A stretch of DNA of 55,946 bases, counting the filler, from Platydemus manokwari (Eukaryota): the NCBI GenBank assembly GCA_037951405.1. It is 5 parts of 5 records of this genome, joined end to end, with 100 filler letters (N's around TTAATTAATTAA, not from the genome) between each part and the next. Parts side by side here need not be neighbours in the genome. Positions count along the whole stretch, not along the records: positions 34,492 to 46,949 come from JBBMOY010130010.1; positions 47,050 to 55,946 come from JBBMOY011332761.1; 3 more parts are not named here. One strand, given 5' to 3'. Below the pieces are notes generated by a model. The model was given only the letters and a program-made list of their open reading frames with translations, had not been told where the DNA came from and made no database searches. The position numbers and the translations under genes are program-made. Of this stretch, positions 39,331 to 50,280 are shown one piece after another. Every line of letters starts with the position of its first letter. Position 1 is the first letter of the stretch.

Positions 39331-42300
39331 ATATTGAGAATAACGTCTGGACTTTTGCTTGATGCTGAAAGGTTGTTCCGCTAGTACTTGGATTGTTGTC
39401 TTCTATTCTGCTTACTGGCACTCAAAGCGCTACCGGATTCTTTGCTCTATTTGTTGATCCCACTTGTCTTTGTAACTCATCCATACCCAATTCTACTCTT
39501 GGTTGCTCTGTTACATTATTTTCCTCATTACTTATTTCCTCTAATATGACGTCCTTCTCTTCTTCTATTATTGTACTACATTCTCCTTCCCTATATGGAT
39601 ATAATATCTTCTTCCTCGACACCATTTCCTGCTCTTTGTTGGTATTATTTTCTAATGCTAATGACTCTTTTCGTTCCTTTTGTATTTGTTTGATTATATC
39701 TTCTTGTGGCTCTACTTTCTCTACTATACCTTCTTTATTTAGGCACTTATGTTTTTGCTTTCCTATACACCCAAACATAAATATTTCTTTTCTATCTCTT
39801 TTTGTAGCTGATTCTTTGGCATTTTTTCCACCATATCCATTTTACTATCTCTTTTCTTCGTTCTCAATCCCAATGCCTTTAGGAAATCCTCATCGGAGTT
39901 TAACTCACTTGATTTAGAGTTTGATGATTTCAAAGATTTCTCTTTATTACTTTTTGTTACTGGGATAACGTCTTCTTCATCCAGGTCTACTCCTATTATT
40001 CGATTAGCATTTATGTATAGCTTTCTTGTTTCTTGTTTGAAGGGCTCTTTATATTTAATTAGAATTCCCAACATATTCAAAACTGTGTGATTTAAGTGAT
40101 ATTGTTCTATCAAATCCCTATTTCTCAACCTTACCTCCTCATTGTAAATTGTAATACTTAGTTTATTAACGTGCTCTTTCATTAAGAAGTTTTGTCTAAG
40201 GTATTTCTTTATTGTTTCTATTACCACATCACCTGGCCAACTCATTATGTGTTCCTTCTCTTCTGTTCACGGACTTTCCCAAATTTGTAGCTTAAATGGA
40301 TAAGTTATAATCCATTCTGCCCCTATGCCTTAAGTATACATGGTTTACCCTTCTTCCTGATAACTCGGAGTTCTTTAGCTGACTTCCTTCAACGAATAAC
40401 TCTTCACCATTTGTTCTCCCTGAATGGTGATATCCATACATGAGATATCCATTCTCATTTCCATCCAGCCACAGCTCATCTACCCAATCTAATATAAATT
40501 GTATTTTTGCCTTCTCTAACATTCTCAACTTTTCCACTTGTAGTTGCCCGTGGTGTCTAACCACCAGTTGCAAATCTATTATTTGTTGATTATTTATTGT
40601 GGCAGGTAACCTTCCCCATTTTACGTTAAGTATGAACGGTAGCTTTGGGAAAGTTATCCTATGAAATGTCAAAGATCTCTATTTAAAGAATTTTCTGTCT
40701 TTTCATGGCTCCCTTTATAACGTTTTGTCTTTTTCGTTTTATTAAGTAAAGCCTCCATGTTTCATCGTCTTCCATAAACATACTGAGGTGTATTAATTCT
40801 ACCAATAATGGTTTAACAGTCGCAAACGGGCACATCGTCGTTGCCATCTGTCGTAGTCTTCGGATGGTTTCTAACTCGCTTACCATTACAACCCTTACTT
40901 GGTGTTGTTGCGTTATACTGGCCATCATCATCAGCACGTCAGCCAATTCATTCTTATTTTGTTCATTTCCATGGTTGTCCGTTGTGGTCTGGCTTGTTGT
41001 TACTTTTTCTGTTGGCTCTCCGTTTTTTGTTCCTTCAATTCCTGTTCTTCACCTGATTGGTTCTCGTCACTATTAGTATCTTCTGATTCTTCGCTATTTA
41101 TCGTACTAATCTGCAAAATCTTCTTGGATTCCTCTGGCACTATATCAATGGCTAAACATGAATCTTCTTTGTTAGTTTTTATGTATTCTATAGATTTCCA
41201 TTCCGTCATTCTTGTGTCCTTGAACCTCATTTTCACCTTTCCTTTTATCTTTTCCAACTACCCCAGCCAATCCAATATTATTAACTTCCTAATAAGTTGA
41301 ACTGACGTAGACATATCTAACTCCATGTCCTGTTGCACTTGTTTCCCTCACTATCTTGTATTATCGATGTGAATTTTCTCTTAATCCTGTCATATTTGTC
41401 GGTGTCCCCTGCGGAAATTTTCTTTCCATTTATTTCAACCCTTCTCTCTCTACTTGCCTCCACAGTTCGAACTGTTTTCCTTGTTCGTGCTGTATTATTA
41501 ATTTATTTAATTCATACATGATTTCCTCGGGCATATTTATTCTTAGTTTCTCCCGCAATCGATATGCTTGTCCTTCCATTCAGTATGGATTAGGGTAATA
41601 TTTTCTTTTATTGAGATGTGGATACTTAAATGTTATTACCTCCTGACTCACTGCAATTGCATACACCCTTATTATTCCTTTTTTTACTAACTTATCTTCT
41701 ATTTTGTTGTGTCTGTCCATCCACATGGAATCCGGACTCATCCAGAACTCGTGACATTGTCGTCTCTTTTTCCATACTTGATTTACTTTTATGTCTTTTT
41801 GACTTAATACTAATTTTATGCTTTTTCGCGTTTTTGCTGTGATTCTTTCTTCCTCAAATATGGATATTATTGTCCGAATCCTCTCCGACTCTTCTGTAGC
41901 ATCTGGTTTCTTAACACATCCCAACATATTTACTTCCTTAATTTCCTTTTTTTTCCTTCACCCATTTGCTTCTTTTTCTGATAAAAATAAGCACTATCAT
42001 GCGCGATTATGATTAACTCATTATGCGTTTTTTGCGTCATCCAATATCTCCTCTTCCGTGACTGGTGCTCCTTTATGCCATTCTTCCACTCTGCACTCGG
42101 GATCTTCCTCGTTTGGCCAAAACCCAACGTCCATTGTAATATCTCGCTTATGCTTGTATCGTCATCTACCGTAAGTGATTTTATTGTTTTCCCCCACTCT
42201 TATTCCTTAGATTTATTTGCACCTTTATTTTCTTTTCATCGTGCATAAGTTCTCCACAATGGCTTCCTGGATATAATTTCACTAACCAGTTTTCTATTAT

Positions 42301-44900
42301 TCCATTTAGATATCTCTGGATTTTTTATTACCACAATTCTATTTATCTGTCCTCGTCTTAATCTCAAATCCCTTGTCATCATCAGTTGTTTTCCTTGCAT
42401 AAACATTATTATATCATCTAATCCTGGTACCCATTCGTCTGTTCATCCCGTTTACTTATACTTCCACTCTTCTCCATTAACAATTCCAATTCTGGTACTG
42501 TCTCCTTTTCCATTCGTAATGACTATCCTATTCTTCGCTTACTATGTGGAATTCTATTATCACTTTTCTTTCTGCCCTTCTAAGATTTTCTCTTCCCCTT
42601 TCTATATCGTCAATGCTAATCCTCTTCTGACTGTGATCTTTATTTGTCCCCTATGTCCGTATACCGGTTTTGTTCTTATCTTTATTTGTTCAGCTTCCCA
42701 TAACACTGGACATCGTTTAGCTATATCTTTGTATATCTTATTTATTGAATCATTCAGATTTATTTCCACATGAATTTGTTTTTTAATTCCACATCTATCT
42801 TCTACCAGGATTGCCAATTCATATTCTCCTTCTTCCGCATTTCTTCCGATTTTTCTCTGTCATCCATTTTATTGTATATTCCTTTACTTTTCAATATTTT
42901 CATCATTAACTGCTCTGCCCACACTTTTTTCTCCAAATAATTTGTTTTTCCTGTATTTGTCCATTCCGGATGCGTGAACACTGTTGCATCTCTTCCTCGT
43001 GGTATTGGAAATCTCTTACATGTTCCTATTATCTCTACTCTTTCTTTCTCCTCATTTATTTTTGATGTTGGTTCTTCCATTATTATTTTACTTTCTGTTG
43101 CTTTTAACTAAATTAATGAATATCATGACTTATTTCCCAATTTTGGACTCCTTCTACAATCCGTTGAAGTTCAAATTCATCATTTTTCCGAAAAACGACA
43201 TTCCTATCCTCAACTTCTGTTCATGTGTTAACAGTCTTTTTAATCTTATTATTACACTTGACGGTTCTAATTCATCTTTCCAGTATGTAATCTTCTGCAC
43301 ACTCCACTATCCTCCATACCTGAGGATCAAAAGTTCCTTCTCTTTTTTCTCTAATTCTCTTTTCACTTGGCGTTTTATCTATTAATTCTCCAAATATATC
43401 TATCAGCGTTTGCACATTAATGTGATCCCTATTATCTTGCGTTAGCTTCATCCACAGCTCGTCTTTATCTCACTGAGGCAGCTGCTTCCATATTTTATCC
43501 ATTTTTTTTATCGATATCTCCATATCCCTTTTCACATCCTTGTAGTTTTTCTACAAACTCTTCCATAGTCTGATAGTCACTTTCCCTATTGACTAGATAT
43601 TGTCCTAGATATCCAACCTCCCTATTAGTTGTAATTTGTACCAATTTTGATGAAACATATACTGGTGACGTTGCTGGCACATGTAATACTTTTGGCAGTA
43701 TTCTGTCAATTACTGGTATTTTTAAGGCTAATTTTACTGGCATATTTTCTAATATTACTGCAACCGCTGCTTTGTATTTCTTTTTTCGTGTTACTGGATC
43801 ATCTTGACCATATTTTTCCTCCATCTTCCTCATTCTTATTCCGTGGCCTTTCAGTTACCAATTCTTGGCTCACTATGCACCATTTTAGTGGTATCCCTGT
43901 CTCCTCTGTGACATCTATTGATTAAAGATTTTGTCTTTCTTCCCAAATTTCATTGGTTTCATCTAATGAACTAACTCTCTCCAAATCCTATCCTGATTCC
44001 TCTTCTGTTTTTGTACTATTTTCATCCGCTGTTGCCTAGTTCGACACTTCTTCACCACACTTTTCTTTTATCATCCACTACTCTTCTGTCTGCACCAGCT
44101 TGAATTCTTCTTTATTTTTGTTACAATTCCAGTTATTTGACTTAATTTGTAGTTCATAAATCTTTGACAAAGTGTTTTCACATTGATTTTATCTCTATCT
44201 CTCTGTGTTAACGTCTTTCATGATGTATTGTATTTTTCTATTTCAACATATTTTTCTCAGAACTGTTTGTATTTCTCTATCTGTCCCACTAATTTTTCAT
44301 TATCCACTATATACCATAAGTAGCAGCCATCCATTCTGACAAAGATTTCCCATGACAGTTTATGGATTTTACTGCCGGCATCATCATCGGGATTACAACC
44401 AATGTCATAATGGGAACAACTCATGCATTGGATTCAACTGCAATTCCTTCACTTTGGGTAGATTTTCTAATATCTCTTTTGTCAATTCCATTTCTTCTCT
44501 AGCACTTTTCTGCCTTATTGCCTCCATTTCTTGCTCACTATTGACCATGCATATGTTGAGAGATCCTCTTCCCCATGTTTCTTGCTCGAGCTTCAAATTG
44601 TCACTGGTTGTTTTGGCATTGGTTTGGTGTAAACTATTGCATACATATTGTCTGAATCATATTGTGAAAAACCTTGATCTTTTATATATGCACTGTCCGG
44701 TAATTCATCAAACTTAAAAAATATTGACATATTTTCCACTGTCTTATTCTTTTCTTTTTCCATTTACTGTGTTACTAATTTCTGTATTTTCCTGATCTTT
44801 GCGCACGCATTTAATGTAACTTTTATTTCATGCTCCTGTGGGTCATCAGTTATCCATATATTTATCCTTAATGATTTTTGCAATGCTGCAGTATGGAGGA

Positions 44901-46447
44901 CTAATCTTCCCATCGAGCAGCTTGCTCCCTCTGCCAATCATCTGCCAATAAGATGTGATCTTGCAATTTAGTTAATAATTCCTTTGACTGAGCTATTTCA
45001 TTCTTCTCTGCCAATTGTATCATTTTGTCTGTTTTTTCCGCTATTGTCAGTGGTTTATTTTCCTTATTCTTCTTCTTAATAAAATCTTCATACTCTTTGT
45101 TCATGTACACCATCTTAGACTTGATTACTTCTGCTAATCGAGTTGATAAATTCGCTAATTTTTTTCTTATCGTCTCCACATCACTATGCGTCACTGCTTC
45201 TATTGCTTTTTTGGATCCTAGTGGATTATTCTGCCTTTGCTTGCATGTGGTTATGGTATGTCCGAATCTGTGGCAATATTCACACTGGATTCTTCCGTTG
45301 CTATTCACCTTGTCCCTCCCGTAGCTATTAAATTTGCCCCTATTAAAAGCTTCCGCTTACTGACTTCTGGGCATATTGACCCTTTGAATTTCATTGTGAT
45401 TATAATAATTATTCTTATAATTTCTACTCTGGCCATCAAAATTTCGATTATTGAATTGTGTATAATTATTATTATCCTCTCCAGTGATGCGTTTATTTGC
45501 TGGGCTTCTGTTCCTATTATCCACCATATCTTTAACCATTATATCTGTTTTCACTATATCTCTGATCGTTTATTTTATAATCATAATAATAATAATTATT
45601 ATATCTTCTATATCCATTATCATTATATCTCCTATCTCCTTGACGATAATTATTATAATTATTATTTCTATTACTATCTTGACTGCGCGTGTATTCATTA
45701 TTAACATTCCATTTGGGGCTATCCTGAAATTGAGTTAAAATTCTATTTAATTTGGACCACTTCACATTCAATTCCGGGACTTTTTCGTCTTCTTTAGTCA
45801 CTCGTTGACTTGATTTTGACGGCGGGCTTAATCGCTTCCGGTTCCGCAAATGTTACAGCATTCACTGGAGGGAAACCCATTCCACAGTGAGCATTTGTGG
45901 GAAAACCCATCCCACAAGTTAATTCCAGGGGACGCGCTTTTAATATTAAATCTTCCAATGTTGAGCGTTCCGCTATTGCCAGCGTGCTCTTGAATGCACT
46001 GTTAATTCCCCGTTTAAATTGGTCCATAATTATTCTTTTTCTTCCATACTTTGCGATCAATGTATCGTCATATGCCTTTTCGGCTAACTCCATTGCATAT
46101 TTTTGTGCTCCTTCTCCTGAACGCTGGTACCGATCCAAAAATTGTCTGACATAATATTCTTGGAAATCCGAGTCCAATACTATTCGATTTCTTAATCCCT
46201 TAACTATATCTTTAAAAATTACTTCATTCCCTTGTAAATTATTATCTGTCTGCATCATTTTTTGATGCTCTTAGAGGGCATAGCCCTTTAAATATAGCGG
46301 CAATCACATTATTTTATTATTACTGTTCCACCAATTAGCCGTCGCAATGTTGTCGAACTCATCAAAAAAATCGTCAAACAATTCTTGCCGACCATCAAAT
46401 GGAGTCATAGGCAAATAAATTAATTTACCGAACACATTGTTCGACAT
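44901..46447 (-). pseudogene. gag (capsid, Asn-rich linker, CCHC knuckle)
   Basis: PFDGRQELFDDFFDEFDNIATANWW...LPLYLKGYAL, QRSGEGAQKYAMEL, QFKRGI, CEYCHRFGHTITTC. Confidence 0.85.
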
Positions 46448-46493
46448 ATTATAATTATAATTATAATTATAATTATAATTATAATTATAATTA
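46448..46493. repeat. (TATAAT)n hexamer microsatellite directly upstream of the gag ATG
   Basis: About 7 copies of the ATAATT unit. Confidence 0.9.
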
Positions 46494-46949
46494 TCCCAAA
46501 ATTTAATAATCCGATCGATATAGCTCCACTGACAAGTCTCCGCATTTAATAATTTGAAATTTCCGTCCGCTGAAAATCTTCTCTGCATTCCAAATATCTT
46601 CTCCGCAGTTGGTAATTTACAATAACAAATATTTTCTCAATTTGAAATAGTTTATCAGCTGCTATCTTTGTTTAATGTGACAGTTATTGTGGTGGCTCTC
46701 CATGATCAGTGCAGATATTTATATGCGTCTGATTCTGTCCATTTTTTCTCAAGAATTATTGACGATAATTTTTATCATTCCGATTTAATTTAATAAATTT
46801 TGGCTTACTTTACTTAACTAATTTCACACGATTCGTTTAATAGATTATTTTCCCATGTCTATTATAATTGATTTAATTTTAAATCAATTGCCCCAATTGA
46901 ATCTTATTTTATATTTTTCATATTTTTGACATGTTTCCATTTATTCTAT

Positions 46950-47049
46950 NNNNNNNNNNNNNNNNNNNNNNNNNNNNNNNNNNNNNNNNNNNNTTAATTA
47001 ATTAANNNNNNNNNNNNNNNNNNNNNNNNNNNNNNNNNNNNNNNNNNNN
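46950..47049. other. Assembly spacer
   Basis: N run with TTAATTAATTAA linker. Confidence 0.98.
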
Positions 47050-47090
47050 TTATTATTATGTTTTCCAATCGCCGAAAAATAGGAGTTTAT

Positions 47091-47263
47091 AGTAGTATGT
47101 TAGGTCAGTGTTTGGCCTGATAGTTTGATAGTTTGATAGACTGATGGATTGCACAATATGCAATTTGGGGGTCAATGGGGTATACTAGGTTAGAAAAATT
47201 GATAGTTTTATAAATTTGGTAGATTTGAAGGTATGGCGCCAAACACTGACCTAGCATACTACT
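47091..47263. mobile_element. 173-bp MITE-like element with 26-bp TIRs beginning AGTAGT
   Basis: AGTAGTATGTTAGGTCAGTGTTTGGC (47091-47116) versus GCCAAACACTGACCTAGCATACTACT (47238-47263), 1 mismatch; flanks TTTAT/TTCAT. Confidence 0.8.
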
Positions 47264-47269
47264 TTCATT

Positions 47270-50200
47270 CAATTTCATTCATCTTCGTTCAAATAATATT
47301 ATGAAATTTTATATTTCATTAAATTTCATATTTAATTTCAGAAAATAACTGAAACTTTGGGGATCAAAAACTTTATCCATCTCTTGAAAGTGATTTCATC
47401 GATAGTAAATCAAGTGCTCCATCGAAGGAACTTGAATGAAGTTTGAGTTACTTCCCACCGAACTTAAAATATGAAAATTATTTATTAAAAGTAAATATTT
47501 ATAAACTTAGAATTGAAAATTTTTTGAATGAAAAAAGAGTTTTAGAAGAATTATTAAGTAATTACAATGAGTTGAGTCATTATAAAAAGATAAAATATAA
47601 AAGGACAAAATTTGATAGTGGGCTAAAGTATTTTCTTTTAACATAATAACTATAATAACAACCATTTTACCTGTTCTTTCAGGTTTTGGAATAATTCAAT
47701 CAGTTCGTGGAATAATTTTATATTTAGCTTTTGGATATTTTCCTATTAACTCTAGACAATAGAAATGAAAATCATATTTTGAGCCATTTTAAAATAACAT
47801 GAAATAAGGAAATTATTTAAGGATTTATCATTTAATTAACATTTATTATGAGAAGCTCCTCTATATTTTCCATTAAAATGATCATGATATTTCACTTTAT
47901 CGAATGTTAATTCATCATTATTTAATTCCTTTTTACAATAAATACAAGATGTGGCATTATTAAAATTTATTAAATTTTCTTCTGTTAAAATTATTTCTAC
48001 ATTTGTATTTTTAATTATTCTTGTTATTTTTTTATTTAGATCGACAATATAAGAGATGAAATGATATTCAGCTTGATCACCATAAAATTCATAATATTCA
48101 GAGTTTATTAATTCTCGATAATTTGATCTTAAAAATGAAGAGCCCACCAATTGAATATAATTAATGAAAAGAAATAACAAAAACTGATTGATTAAAAAGA
48201 AGGGGATAAAAGGAATTTGAATTGCAATGATTTAAATGTGAAAATATATCAATAAAACTATAATAGAATAATAGTTATTAAAATAAAATTATTTCTGTCT
48301 AAAGAATAAATATTAATTATAATAATATTAAAAAAAATAAAGAATAAAGTCAATTATTAAACAATTCAGTTTGTTTCACTGAATCATTTAATTAAAAATA
48401 AAAACCAATTTTCAAGGTCGGAAATTGTCGAGAATTCCGAATTCAGGCCCAAAGTACCAACTAGTGAAGTTAGTGGGAAAATGGGAGAGTTTTCAGTAAT
48501 AATTGGAGTCAGAACAGAAATTAAGAAATAGTTTCAGTCCGAACAGGATTTCAGAACAAGCTTTCAAACAGAAGAGGATTTCAAAAATAATTTCAGTCGG
48601 AACGAGATTTTCAAAAGCAAGATGTTTACCAGATTTAGAATTCAGATACGATCTAGAATTCAAAAGTACCCAGAAGACATTTACGTCAAGTTAAAAAAAG
48701 CAGATACTAAGGAGCAGGTTATAATTTATTAATATTGAGTATTTAAGGTATATTCGTGGACAGTCCTTCCCGAATATCGATATTAGTACAAAGTAATTGT
48801 ATTGAGCGTCCGTTACCTGTTTTTTGTAGTATCGGCCAGGAGTAGCTCCTCGGCCAGTAATCCAATTTGGTGAGCGGACTAGGTCCGTGTTCATAGACAG
48901 AACTTTATTAGTGGCTAGGTCCTTTGTGTAATTAATAAGAGTTGTATATATTGTTATAGAAATATAACTTAGTGTGCAATTTTGTGTTGAATTTGGAGTC
49001 AGGTCAATACAAGGATTGTTGCGTTCTACACACAGGTAGACCCAACAAATATATTCCAATTGAAAGTGATTTTTGTTTATTATTTACTTATTTCTTCATA
49101 TGTATTATATGCTTCGAAATCTGTATAAAATAAAAAAGAAATTTTATTTCTTAAATAATAATTTTTTAATTCACAATAATAATGTTTTGGAAATGTTGCT
49201 TTTGTTTCTTTAAAATCTTGACAATCTTGTATGTTCATTTAATGAATTTATAGATCTCTAAGAATTTAAACATTTTCAACATATCTTATTCGAATGATTA
49301 TTATCTGTATTTGAAAATGTATTCATATTTCTACATAAAACATAATGATCTTCATATATTAATAAATTACATTGTCTATCTTCAATTGTTGGTTTTGCAT
49401 TATAGTGCTCAAAGTGAATAGGAATTAATTCCTTATTTTATTTACTCCAAAAACATTCACACTTAGATTATTTTGTTTATTGAATTTCTTAATGTCTTCA
49501 ATCTTCATTGGAAAGTTAATTACATTTAAATTTAATTCATTCATAAATGGAAGATATTTTCGTACCCTTTCAGAATGTTCATTAGCTGGATGTAAATAAG
49601 CTAAAACAGAATATATGAAACATCTGTTATCATTATTTCTAACATTTACAATATTTGATGATTGAAAAGGTAAACTAACATAAGTACCTAAAACTAATGA
49701 TTGATATTTATAAATATTTATTATGATAAAATATATAATTTCATGAATCCAACCAGATCCAGTTCCCTGAAGTTCTTGAATAAAACCTTTCAATATTCTC
49801 AAGATGAACAATAACACAATCTTCAATATTATTGATATTCATTACTTTTTTCAGGTTGAGAATAAAATATTTTATTGAATTTCTTTGAATAATCGTTTTC
49901 ATAATAAAATTGAGAAGAGATTTCTAGATAAAATCCAAATCTACTTTTGTGATAATTAAAATACTTCTTTAATATGTTTACTATTTCATTCTTAAAACTA
50001 AAAACATCTGTTTCTATTTATTTTAATGTTTTAGTTAAAGATATTTGACTATTTAAAAATGCCTAACATTTATAACATAGTCTTTCATATAGTTTTCTAA
50101 AGTTCTTTTTTAACTTATTCATTTCATTTTCTTTTGCTATTTCATTTACTATTTGTTGATCAGGTAAACCACTCATCTCAATATTCACATCATTTTTATG

Positions 50201-50280
50201 TTCCTTTGATTTTTCATGAGCTATTTGTGCAGTTTTTATTACACTTTTCACAGTAAAATACAGTTTTGGTTTCCATCATT
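47270..50280 (-). pseudogene. Polinton/Maverick protein-primed DNA polymerase B, N-terminal half (Zn finger, GSGW domain, exonuclease start, endonuclease VII-like insert), interrupted
   Basis: GTGSGW...NVRNNDNRCFIYSVLAYLHP..HSERV.KY...FPMKIEDIKKF.KQNNLSVNVFG, YTDFEA, CIYCKKEL...VKYHDHFNGKYRGASHNKC, YDFHF. Confidence 0.9.
48156..49064. mobile_element. ~0.9-kb unclassified insertion in polB, flanked by CCAATTGAA direct repeats
   Basis: CCAATTGAA at 48147-48155 and 49056-49064; polB-like translation is present on both sides; the interior is LTR-like non-coding sequence. Confidence 0.55.

Larger units (their letters stand above)
34492..46949 (-). mobile_element. Large degenerate Ty3/gypsy element: gag - accessory region - viral glycoprotein - PR - RT - RH - INT
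   Basis: Collinear minus-strand ORF fragments span ~11 kb with uniform purine-rich coding bias. PR-RT-RH-INT order is that of Ty3/gypsy. Both ends are cut by contig ends. Confidence 0.85.

Noticed and set aside
37049-46154. Many plus-strand hydrophobic ORFs of 60-170 aa
   Set aside because: Antisense shadows of the purine-rich minus-strand polyprotein
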